NCBI GenBank assembly: GCA_965178125.1
Contig: OZ237738.1
Span: 496,001-560,000, forward strand
DNA: 64,000 nt
Source: Bilabrum cf. latius
Lineage: Eukaryota
Direction of reading: 5' to 3'
Within the stretch, counting starts at the first letter, position 1; each line of letters starts with the position of its first letter. The notes below the pieces were generated by a model, which was not told the DNA's origin, ran no database searches, and worked only from the letters and a program-made list of their open reading frames with translations. Of the stretch, positions 49,261 through 61,547 are shown one piece after another. Position numbers and translations under genes: made by a program.

Positions 49261-52200
49261 TCAAGCTGGGGCATCCCCGCGAACTACCATACTCAAACGC
49301 CGCTGTCGCGCTCGGCTGGCAAGGTCGGCCTCCGCCTGTGCCTCCATCACAAACCGATCCATGGATCGATTTCCACCGCTCCTCGAAGCATCGCTGGACC
49401 CGCTCCGGCTTCGTCCTCCTGAATCAGCAGCCTGCAGCTTTCGCGAACCAGATCGCGCACTGCTCCGCCTCCTACGGCTCGGCCTGCCGGATCGCACGCT
49501 GCTCCGCCGCCTGCCCGAAGAAGCTCCATCAGACTTTTCCAGCATCGCAGTGGCCTGAGCCAAAATATCAGCCTCTTCCACGTCAGTAGTGGCTTGCCCT
49601 GGGTCGTGAATGCTCGGCAAATGAGAAGCTTCCATCGATGGGCGCCTTCCTCGTGCTGGTGCCGAAGCCATCAGCACCATGACTCGGTCAGACGATCGGC
49701 GTCGACCCCTTCGGATCGACCCAGAATCTCCATCGGAAGCATGTCCCTATCCAGAGCTAGACGCCGTGTCATGCGCACCGCCAGCCGCACTGTGCCCATC
49801 GCTACCTAGGGCCCCCAGTACGCCGCCTTCCTGCGCCTCCCTGGCCATCTGCTGCCTCTTCTTAACTTGCTTGCGGTGCTATGACCTGGGAGAGTCTGGT
49901 TTCTAGGTGACCACCAGGTCAGCAAAGAACCACTGCGGCATGGAACCAGAGGAGCGCCGCCTTGGTGCCGTCGACCGTGCAGCCGAGCGCTGACTGAGCG
50001 CGTCGCTGCCGCGCCGCTCGCTGAGCGAAGCGATCGAGGAACCTGCTTGGGATGAAAGGCCAACCGCGTGATGCATGTCGTTTTCATCGGTGCTGCGTAA
50101 TTCAGGGGCAGGGGCGCGCTGATCGCTTGGACCCCCTGTGGAGCTGCTCGCGGCTGTGGCGGCCTCGTTGAACTGACCGGCTAGCTGGCGCCGGCTGCCA
50201 GATCGCGACGCGCCTTCAGCACCACCGCTAGTCGCTGACTGGCCCCCGAGAGACCGTTGCGATGTTCCAACCGGTAGCGGCTGGAAGAGCCACCCAGAAC
50301 CGCCACCCACTCCCATCGCAACCTGATCCGAGGCGTGTCTCCCAGACCGACTTACGCTCCTCGACTGCCCCGGGCTGGAGGAGTCAGGAGACGACCGCTT
50401 CAAATCACCAGCAAGAAGCGACTCCTGGGCTGCGGAAATTCGGCGAGACTGAGACCCAGTAGCTGCAGAATTTGCCGTTGAGCTCCTGCGTGGGCTTGCA
50501 GCAGACGATACCACCGACTCCTGTGCCTTTGCCTCCTGAGCTAAAGACGCGAGTGCAGAATTCTGGAAGAACCAGCCGCCAAACGCCCCCATGTCGTCCG
50601 AGTCATCCGAGTCGACCTCGGACTCGGTGACTGCGCGGATGCGCTCCTCCTCCGCCAGCTCAGCCCGGTCCCTCGCCTCCTACTCAATGGCTGCCGCCTG
50701 AGAAAAGAACCAATCAAGATCGCCAACAAGCCCGGTGCCCCCATCATCGCTGCCAGAGTCATCAGAGGAAGTACCGGCGGTACCAGCAGCGGCCTAGACA
50801 CTGCCCTTGCCGGCCAACTCTCCCTCTGAAGATTGCTTATCAGAGACACCAGCAGCTGCACCTTGCGCTACGCTAGCGTCCCGAAGGGCTTTCTTCGCTT
50901 GCTGCCGATCATCAGCCGTCTCCACCTTAAACCACCGGACGCCACCCGCCCCAGCATTCGCACGCACCCACCCATGGACCTCCTTGTCTAGCACGAGCGT
51001 CCGTGGAATGGCAAGTCCGTCCAGCATTTCCCGCAGCTGCTGCAGCCTGCTCGCTCCTGCCCCAGGACGCGCGGACCCCGGGATGGACCCAATACCCGAT
51101 ACTCTAGATCCACGGGAGGCTTGAGATAGCCGTGGCGAGCGATTGTCTTGCAGCGCGGCACCACGGAGCAGCATCTCAGAGAGCTCGCCCTCAAACTTGG
51201 GGTTCTGTTTCGCAATACGGTCCAGGGTGGAACTGCGCCGCCTCCTTCCCTTTGTGCTGGCTCGTCCTTTGCGAGCCGACTCCTCCTCGTCGTCATCATC
51301 ATCCTCGAAGCCTTCCGGGATGAGGCTCAGGCCGCCGCCATGGGCTATGCCCGAGCTTCTCGTGCCGATCTTCATTGCAGCACGCTCTGCCCCGCTCGGC
51401 ATCTCGTCCGACACGTGTGCTCCCCCGAAGGGCCTGCGAGACACGCCCTGCTCCACCTGCGGGTGGGAGTCCGGACTCGATACGCCGTCATCAATATCGC
51501 GACCGCTTCGGATCTGCTGCATCATTTGCATTGAGTTTGCCACAGTTGATACGGAGTTCTACAAGGCCCCAACAGCGCGTGCAATCATCAGCAAGTTCGC
51601 CCGTGCCTTGACCTGCTCAGCTAAAGCAGATTTCTTGAGGGTTCTGCGCTTCGCGACCATACCGGAAAGCTCCCACCGAATCTTATCCCACATCTCCTCC
51701 GCCTGCTTGGCGTAGTGAAGCAACCTGTCCTCAGGGTCGAGCTCGTCCGGATTCATGTCTCGGTTGGCCAGTCTCTTGGTCACTCTGAAGACGATCTCGC
51801 CGTGAGGCACGCCTTGCAGCTTCATGTTCAGCTCGACTTCGCGATTGTACGGCAGAGCACCAAGGTCGATCTGTGCTATACCCAGCTCATCCGGAGGTCC
51901 GAATCGATCCCAATCGAACACATCCAGCTTCAGCACCGTGCCAAGTTCCTCCAATGGCGAGAACAGGAAGGTCTCGCCGGCCCAGCGAGGGTTGAGGGTT
52001 CTCATCTTGATCTTGGTCTCGCCTACCTCCGGTCCAATGCGTACTCGGACGAAGGGGTCCGAGCTGTTGAGAATATCCGCAGCGATGAGGTTGTAACACC
52101 GCACAATTGTCACCGTTGCGCTGGTGCCAGTGCTCACCTGGGCCTTGGCATCCTGGATGGCAGCGACAAGAAGGGCGTTGATCAGCGACAGGAACACGAA

Positions 52201-55200
52201 GTTCAGCATCACGATGAACGTCACGTTGTAGATGACAGCGAAGATGGGGCGCGGCTGCGGGTCGGTGCAGTACGACGTGAACCCATCCAAACTGACCAGC
52301 ACAGCTCCATCCGGCGTGCCATCAACCGTGGGGGGCGTGAAATTGGCTGCGCCACCGCCTAGGATGAAGGTCTCGTACAGGACGCTATCAGGACTCACCT
52401 CCGCGTAGCCGTACTCGTCACACCCGAACATACCAATGTACATGATGTCTGTGGCATCATCGCCGATCGCACTCCGGAATAGGGTCATGAGAGCCACGCC
52501 AACGTTGCGGAAGTGCGCTGGGTCATTACGGGAGAACAGCACGACACCCAGCACAGCAAATAGGTACATGATGAGGATCACCAAGATAGACACGTACCCA
52601 AGGCTAGCAAGGCTCTTGAGGACCGACAGAACGAGCACACGCAAGCCAGGCAAGGTACGTACCAGCTTCAACACCCTCATCAGCCTTGGCAGCCTGGCCA
52701 AGCTCGCCGCTTCAAATGGAAGCAAGGAAACCACGATCACTGTGGCATCGAACTAGTTCCACCGATCATCAAAGTATGCCAGCGGTGTCGATCCCTCAGC
52801 GGCAATCTTCAAGAACATTTCAACCACGAACACACCAAGCGACAGCCAGTCCGCAATCGCAAGCGCAAGGAGAAGCCCCGGGGACAGGTTGGGCCACAGC
52901 TGCACTCCAACGGAGATACCAGCAAGCAGAATGAACACCATGATGATCACGTTAAACCAGTCCGTTTCGGTGACGTTGTCCTTTAACAAGTCTCCAGTAT
53001 CGTCCATATAGTCGTAAATCGGACCCGATACCTCTGGCCTGCAGGCAGGACAGCACCGGAGGCAGCACGGTTCCACGGGACACACGCAGCACCACTGCCG
53101 ATCCAGCATCTCTGCCTCGGTGAATGCGCTAGGGTCCGTCTTAGATCTGCCTCCGAGCCAGTACGGCAGCCAGTGCCGTATTGACGCAATGCCATCGCAT
53201 ATGACGATTTCTTCATCTTCGTCATCCTCGCCATCTGGGGACTTGCCGAGCAGGTGGTATCGCGAAGCCCGCCGGCGAGCCTGCGCAATACCAGTTGCAT
53301 GATGTGTCCGCTTCAAGCTGTTGGCCGGCACCCGAGCAGGACTGACGCTTGCCCTAGTATTTCGAAGGCTGAGTAGACCCGTCTTTTTTACGGCGGCTGC
53401 ATCTTTGCCTGCGATGAATACTTCCCTTTTCTTCGCACGCCTCCGCAGCCGTCGCATTCTTCGAGCGTCAAAGATGCCGAGTCCGCGCTCGTGCCTCAGC
53501 CTCCGCGCCTCCTCCACCGCGCGAGGAGACAGCGATCGGTACCCCCTGCCAGTTCGCAGCACGCTCGACTGCTTGGCAACGTGAGGCAGCTTAATGTGAG
53601 TAACCGAAGACCTCCGACGCCTCTTTACCGAGGCATGCGCTTGGCCGCCACGCGCCAGCCCGTCAGATCTATCGAGCACGTCGATGGCCGTGGCTGTCAT
53701 GATGTCATCCTTGGGATCGCGGGCATCTCGAGCGGCTGCACTGGCGCGGTGAACCAGCACTGTGGTCCGAACTCTAACCATCACCGCTGGGTCACCCCTC
53801 ACCCTGGAGACCGACCGGCCCCTTCGGCGCGCTCTGGCCTAATCAGCGGGCTCCTCCTCGTCACTTTCTACATCCGCACCGTCGGGAACGCGCCCGCCTG
53901 GCTTGCAAACAGGCAGAACTGCTGCAAGCAGGCGATGTTTGGTCCGAAGAAACTCCGGCAAGCCGACGCCGACTAGCGAGCATGTGGGCAGTCCCCTGAG
54001 GTCAGGTCTCGCCGTCGAGGCGTCAGGCCGCCGACGACGCCTGGAAGACTCTCTTTCCGGAGACACGCCGAGCCACTTGTAGCGCGACCTAGACTTGGAC
54101 GCTGCAACTGCTAATATGGCATCATCTTTGTCGTCGTCGTCGTCACGGGCTGTTGGCGCATAGGCAGCAGCTGCTGCTCCACCTCCCCCCATACCCTTTC
54201 CGTCCTCGCCAGCCGAATCTGTACCACGCGCCCCAGCCTTTGAAGACACGCTGCTGCGCGTTCGAATCTCGGAAAGTCGTGACCAAGGTACCGTTGAGTC
54301 TTTTACGGGCCTTCGGCTGGCGCTGTCGTCGGAATCCATAATGTCCAGGCTGGCATCAGCATCGCTATCGGCATCAGCGTCGGCGGCAGCTCCACCCTGT
54401 GCAGCCTTGTTCATCCCGATCATCCACAGCACACCTGCAAACGCACCCCGAAGCCTACCCCATGCCCTTTTCTTGCGCATTTCTTTCTGTTCGTGCAGCG
54501 TCTGGGCATCCTCGTCATCTGAGCTCTCAGTCTCGGCAGATGATGCGCTGCTGATCGAGCTGCCAGACTCTAAATCTGAATCCTCGCTGCCGGTAACCAC
54601 TCCATCATCGTCGTCGCCCAGAAGCCCGCCCCCTTTTGATGGCTCTGTGCTGTCAGGCAGCTAAAATCCTACCGCTCTCTTGCCGACAGGGCCAGCAGCT
54701 GCCTCTAATGCAGATCGCCGCCTGCCCCTGCCCTATCTTGACCGTCGCTTCCTTGTCCCGGCCTGCTAGGACCGCCTGCCACGGGGCTTTCGCCGGCGAT
54801 CTCCGACACCTCCTTCCTCATCTTCGTCTGAAGCAGCCTCAGCCTCGGCTTCCCTTTTCATCCTGGCGTTTTCAACAGCTGATTCAACCTCGTGACCCGC
54901 CCGACCCGCCCTTGCCGCGCTTGCCGACAACGTAATGCTTCTCTCAATCACGCCAGACGCATCAACAGAGCGATGCTGCGGTAGCTGCGGCCCCTATAGA
55001 CTCGCTGCAGCGCCAACTTGAAGCTCGCTGGCTGCGAGCACTCCCACCATCTGCCCCTTCTTTGCAGTGGTAGTGTGCCGCAGCCCAGCCTTCTTGCCGG
55101 CTGCCTCAACCACGTCTCCCCAAATGCTCGCTGCCTGATGCGGCTTGCCAGCCACAGTACCAGAACCTTCCGCAAGTCTTCCGGCGCCGCCGCTGCCGAG

Positions 55201-56055
55201 TGAGCTCGACGCCGGCAGCGCTGACACTCGCCTACCTCGGTCGCCATGCCTCTCCCTCTGCCGTCGGGTGGCCTTCACCACCGCGCCGCGTGATCCAAGC
55301 TGGGAGCCACCAGCGAGAAATGAATCTATCTCATGGGTGGGGCTTGCTGGGATGGAGCCATGCCCAGATGGTACCCTCCTGGCCGTACCGCGCCCGGCAG
55401 ATCCAGACGATGTGGTCTCGAGCGCTCCAGGCGGTCCTCGCCGCACTCGCATGTCCTAAATCGCGGCCAAGACATTGTGCTGTGCCTCAGTCCATTTTCT
55501 TGCTGTAGAATCCTGCATTGAGACTAGCTACGCTTCAGGCTTGCGGCTACCTGCCCCGACCACTGGCGCATTTCCCGTTACTTTGCCTGCATCCACGGCT
55601 TTTGCAATTTCTGTCCCATCTGGAGCGCGCAACACGCGCACCTTGGTCCGTTTTCGCTTCAAATTCTAAGCACGTCGCTTGTTCAAGCGTTCTCTTGCTT
55701 GCTTAAGGTTCTGCAACGTCTATGTGGGATGCAATATATTGCTCGAGTGCCGGCGCTCTGGCATGCGCAGCTACCGGTCGCTCACTTCCGTTACCACTCG
55801 CAGCTGTGCTCGGCTGCCCCGGCTTTCAGCGAGTCGACCAGAACCATGCGCTTTTGTGACGTCATGACCAGATACATGTGAGCTGCTCCTACGGCCGTGT
55901 GGCGGTGCGCGAGTGCCATCATCTTCGGAATCGTAGTCGTCGCTCTGCCTGGCAGACAGCTGCACAACTCCTTGAGATGCAAGCATTGTGTCAAGGTCCA
56001 GGCCTCCAGGGACGTGTCTGGTGCCCGCAGAAGCATCCCGACTTCCAACTTCCAT
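49261..56055 (-). CDS. Single-domain (6TM) voltage-gated cation channel with C2 domain and long disordered termini (~2264 aa)
   Basis: One frame interrupted only by TAG. S2 FVVEMFLKI, S3 WN*FD, S4 ARLPRLMRVLKLVR, pore HFRNVGVALMTLFR...TDIMY, S6, then C2 (AADILNSSDPFV...TLNPRW...VFDWDRFGPPDELG); ends TGA. Confidence 0.85.
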
Positions 56056-56666
56056 TGCTCAGGGCTCAAGACGCGGTGGAGACCTACAAAAAACTTGTTT
56101 TTACGACTACTGCACCATTGGGCAACAACTATAATCCATACAACAATATGCAGGTTGAATGCAACGGACTTGCCGCCGTGTGTTGAGGCAGCAGAAGAAA
56201 AGTGTCCAGCAGCTTGCGACCATGTGAATTGGTTTTAATCTTCTTCTTGAAAGTTCAACACGCTACAAAGGACCTCTTGCAAACCCCCCGCCCTAATCAG
56301 TCATTTCGCGCACGTTTCGCAGGCCTGGTGTCAGCACTCTACTGAGAAACCTTAACCACTGCATGCTCCGCGTTCACGACATTCCTGAAGTTCGCGGGAC
56401 TAAGTGAAATTGACGGCATCACACCATCCTCATCTCGATCATCATCCTTTAGCTCAGACAGACTGGACAGTTCTTCCGAGAACCGTCTTCGCTTACTTGC
56501 CTTCGGTCGCTTCCACTCACCAGCTTCGGCACCATCCTCGCTCTGCTGGCTCGTATCGTCGTGAATTGGTCGCAACTTGAGCTCGTGGTTACAACCGACG
56601 AAGCGACTGAACGAATCATTGCTGAGTCGATTGATTGATCGCCAGTATTGACTCTTGGGGATCAAC

Positions 56667-59600
56667 ATGGAGCGAACAAGGTCCGAACGCGACAGAGACT
56701 TACTAAATAGTGCGTCTAGTATGGTAAAATCTTTAGCTGGGGACCTGGCAGGAGCACTTGGTGAGGATCCACTTGCTTTGTTTCCTTTTACTTCCAGCTC
56801 AGTGAGTTGCTATTGTGGCAAAGTCAGCCTCGTGGTATTTCAATGGTCTCGCAGAAGATTCGTTGGAGCCGCGCGATGGTGCAAAAGCCGCTGCTTCAAG
56901 TCCTGGACACATTGCACTACTTCAACTTGCTGGATCTGAACGAATGGACCCAGGCTAGGACAGTGACACTACCAAACTGCCGGGGAACGAGGTATAGAAC
57001 AAGGTAACTGCATCCGGCGAGTAGCGTGTAGACAGGCTGCTCGCTGAAGCCAGTCAGATTATCTGCGACGGGGCCGTGGTGCGGTCCGAGCATTCGAGCG
57101 AAGACTTGCAGTCGATTCATTCCCCCAGACTTGCTTCAAGCGGCAGCTCACCGTCCTACACGTACACAGTCAGAGGTCCGGGCGCAGAGCAGCCCCATAG
57201 TCTGCACCTAGTCAGGAAGGGGTCGCTCGAGTCGCCCACGACCTCTCGAGTGCTGGCCGCGGCGGTGGCAGGCAGGTCAGGCCCAGCACACTCTGAGCCA
57301 CTGACCGCAGATGATGCGGTACTACGCATGAGGATGCTGCGGTCAAATGCCGTGCGAGCGGCTCTTGCGGGGGTGAGTGTGGACCAGGCGAGGGTGATTC
57401 CACTGTCCGTGCTGGACCGCTTGCGGAAGCTGGAAGACGATCGCGCGAGCCTGGTGAGCAGTTTGCAGAACGTGATGGAGCTGTACAGACTGTCAGCAAG
57501 GGGTACGAGCGGGGCATCGGGTATGGCGTCGCCGAGACAAGAGCACGGGGGAAATTCGGAACGGAGCGTTGCACTACCTGCAGGCATGTCGAGCGCCTCG
57601 AGTTCAAGTTCGGGTGTGGCTCCAGTAGACGGCGGCGGTGCTGCCGGCATGTCGCTTGTTCCATCCAAGGTTAGCGATACCAATCATCGAGGCGCGGACC
57701 AGACAGCACTTGACCTGTCTGACGATGTGTCGTCCACTCTGGCGGGCGGCGACAGGGACCTTGACGTGCTGCTGCGGCGAGACTGGGACGTTACTGAGCT
57801 GGAGGGCCCGGAAGTTGCGGCCATCATCAGCAGGCTGCGAAGGGCACTTCGCCAAGCCCTCGCTGAGAAATCGTTTGCGATGCAGCGGCTCGCTCAGGAG
57901 CGCAAAGCACTCATGGGCAGCATCAGCCAGCTGCGAGCCAGCCTCAAGGTCATTCAGTCTCGTCTGGCTTCCGGTGGAGGTGCACCAACAGTCGCGCATG
58001 GCGACGGGGGCGGGGCGTCTTCCGCCCTCGTGGCAATTGCTCATGAGGGCACAAGTGCTGATGCAGCAGCAGCCCCTGCCGCCCTCGGACTAGCCCGACG
58101 GGCTTCGTTCAACGCTGACCGAGCGATGCGTGTCGCGCAGTAGGCCCTCGCAGTGACGGCAGAAGTTGCGTAGGACTCAACTGCTCGGGTAGACTCACCC
58201 GACAATGAGGAAGTCGAAAGCAAGCGGCCGCAGCGCCTGGCGTCGGTCGCCATGTCGAGTCGACTGGCTGCGACGGCATCATCTCTCGAGCTGAGGCGGG
58301 AGCGAGAGGCTCTGCTGCAGTACGTGAGGTCGCTTGAGGACGAGCGAGCTGACGCGGTGAGCGAATCCAAGTAGCTTAGAGCTGATCTAGCGCAAGTCAC
58401 GGAACAGGCGACATCGCTGCACTCTGCATGCACTGACATGCGCAAGGCTCTGTCAGAAACGGTGGCTGACCTCGGCAAGAAGCAGCAGACTGTCGTGCAA
58501 CTTCGGGGTTCGCTTTAGGCATCCACGGCCGCGTTGGAGCAAGCGCATGCTCGATATAACGAGCTGTATCAAGAGAGTAATTCTTTGCAGAGGGACTTGC
58601 GCGCAAAGCTCTCAGATGTCAAGAAGGTGTCCGATGCATTTAGGCACCGTCACGGAGCCCTCGCAGATCGATTGTCAGCAAAAGAAGTCGAGTGCCAGCG
58701 CTTGCAAAGCCTGTTGGAGGATGCCAACCGCGGCAAAGTTGCGCAGCAGCACGATGCCGAGCAGGCCCACCAGACGGCCGTGGCGAGGATCGCCAGGCTG
58801 GCGGGCCAGGTTGAGAGCCTTCGGAAGGAATTGGACGAGGCAAGGCAAACGCCGCCAGAGTTGCCCAAAGTCAGAGCCGAACTTGAATCTCAGGTGCAGC
58901 GCACCGCGCACGTCGAGCAACGGGAGGAGGAATTGAGGCAGCAGCTCAATTCCAGCAAGAAGGACGAAATGCAGGTGCGTGAGAGGCTTGGGTCTCTTGA
59001 GTCTCGCCTCGAAGCATCAAAGTCAGAAGTGGAGAAGCTGGAGGCGAAACTTTCGGAGTAGAGACAGGCCACGGGTAGCACTCGCGAGGAGATGGAAGTG
59101 CGGCTGAAGCAGACGAGGGAGCAGCTAGAAGAGAAGCTAGCTGAGCTTGGTGCCTCCGACAGGAAGGTGAAAGGGTTGGAAGATAAGCTCGAGCTTGAGT
59201 CGAGTGCTTGCGAAACGCTCAAGCAGGAGATGGAGCTGGCTCGGTAGCGATCGAAGGACGAGGTGGCCCGCGTTGCAGCAAGGAAAGAGGCTGAAATTGC
59301 TCGTATCACCAAGGCAAAGGACGATTTGCAGCGCAGGTTCGATCAGGAGTCGGAAGAGCTCCGGGGTCAGCTGCACAAAGAGTCGATGAGAAAACATTCG
59401 ATTGAGTCGGTGACTCGCAGTCTGCAGGCAGAGCGGGATTCGGCAAGGCGCAGACTCAGAGAGTTAGACGGCTAGATCGAGGCTTAGAGAGAAGAAGCGG
59501 AATCTGCACGCAAGTAGCTGCAGAAGGCTACTCAGGAAGTAGCCAGTCTGCGGCGAGATCTCGAGGCAGCTCAAGACACCGTTTCGTAGCGGGAGCGGGA

Positions 59601-61455
59601 GTTATCTTCTGCCCACGAAGCCATCGCAAGCAAGCACAGGGAGGTAGAAGCGGCACAGCGGACGGTCAAGTCAGCAGGTGAAGAGTCTGTCTCAGCCGTT
59701 GAGCTCGCCAAAGACTAGGCCAAGAAGCTCTCGGACGAGCTGGTGGCATCTAGAGCGGAGAACCAAGTGTTGCTGGGCAGACTCGAAGGCATGGAAGCAT
59801 CCAAGAAGCAAGCGCAAGCCGATGCGTAGTAGGCACTGCAGCGAGTCTCTGAGGTGGATTTGTTGAGAAAGCGCACAGAAGACAAGTTGGCACAGCTGTT
59901 GGAGCAGCTAGCGGATGCTAGCCGGCAGTAGAAAGACAACGAACACAGCTTGTCGCGTGCCCAATAGCACGCATCAGCGCTCGAAACCCAGCTTGCAGAG
60001 AAGGATGAGGCGCTCCTTGCATCTTCAGACCGAGCAGAAAAGCTAGCTGCTTCGCTGTCTCGGGCAGAAGCTGACTCGAAGGCTTTTCGCGAGCAGTTGG
60101 ACTCGTTGGAGAGTCCAGATGCACGAATCGCGAAGCTGCAAGAGGACAATCGCGTTCTTGAGTCGGAATTATAGAGCGCGAGGGACTATCTGACAACCGC
60201 AGAGCGTGACCTGCAAGAGTCGAACAAGGAAGTTGATGCCTTGCGCTCGCAGCTGGACGGCTAGAAACGAGCAGTTCAGGATGGTCTTGTCCTGCGCGGT
60301 CGCTTCGAGCAGTCTCTCAAGGTGGCGACCCGCGCGAAGAAGGAGGCTTAGGAGCAGCTCGAAATGAGCAGCAAGCAGCTTGTCGAGAAAAATGCTGCCC
60401 TTGAGCGATCGCGCGCCGAACTTCGCGCACTTTAGGACCAGGTAAGGGGTGCTGACGACGCGGAAGGCAGAATTGAGGCGATACGGGGCGCCTTGGAATC
60501 CAGGTCGAACGCCTTGCGGACGGGAGTCGCGGTGCTGGCGCCTGAACTCCGTTCTATCAAGCGAGAACATGAACAGCTCAAAGAGAGTTTGTTGCGAGCC
60601 ACGTAGGCCGCTGAAGAGAGCGTGCAGCAGAAAGGAAAGCAGCTCGTTGCCAGAGTGGCTGCTGCCCTAGCTGATCGTCAGGAGAAGCATAGTGCCGCGC
60701 AGAAGGCATAGGCGGAGCAGATGGAGCAGCACCGCAAGCAGCTTCAAGATGCCAAAGGATAGGTGGAGCAGCTGAAGCGTGAGCTTGAACATGCAAAGCA
60801 GATCGCTCCTCCATCGCTGCCTGCGTCACGTGCACCGTCCGATGCTGACAAGCAGCGACGAGAGAAAGCAAGGAAACGGAAGGAAGAGCTGCGCAAGCGA
60901 CAGCTGGCACTGCAGGAAGAAGTTTCCAAAGCCAAGGCTCAGGTAGACCGACAGAGAGAATTAAAAGCACGCGGTGCGAGTGCCTTCTTGGATGGACTCA
61001 TCCCCCCGAGTCCTACCGCTGCTGCGAGTCCCACACCCAGCGGCGGCGGGCGGTCCCGTCGCAGCCGAAGGCTAACTATGAAGGCCTCTGCGCACGGTCA
61101 CGGTCTCACGCAAGGGACCGCGTTTGCGAAGGATGGTAGTAGCAGAGCAGGTGATGGCAGCTCTTTGGGAAGCGGTGGCCTCACTCCATCCATTGCTTCG
61201 ACGCCGGCTGGTGCCCGGTCACCCGGTCGCCTTGGTGCCTCGGCAGCCGATGGGGGCGATGCACACACAGTATCGGGAACGGGCGCTCGTTGGGGCCGGC
61301 TTCGTTCGTGGGTGAGTCAGGCTAGCATTGAAGAGCTCCACGATGTTGCTAAAGGTGAGCTTGGTCAGAGCGCTGCTTCTGAAGCGCACGACTGGGCCCT
61401 TCCCGCGAGTTCAACCGCTGAAACTCGGGACGGCGACAGCCAAGAAGAGTCTTGA
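56667..61455 (+). CDS. Long coiled-coil protein of unknown family (~1564 aa, 2 exons)
   Basis: E/Q/R/L/A-rich heptads in one frame with very many TAGs. Putative 94-nt intron 56761-56854 (GTGAGG...CGCAG); ends TGA. Confidence 0.7.
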
Positions 61456-61547
61456 CGATAAATGTTCTATCAGATCTACACTGGGTTTTGCCGCAGCAAT
61501 AATCACTATAATCATTGGATACGTCCTGCAACAGGCCTCAATTCTAC

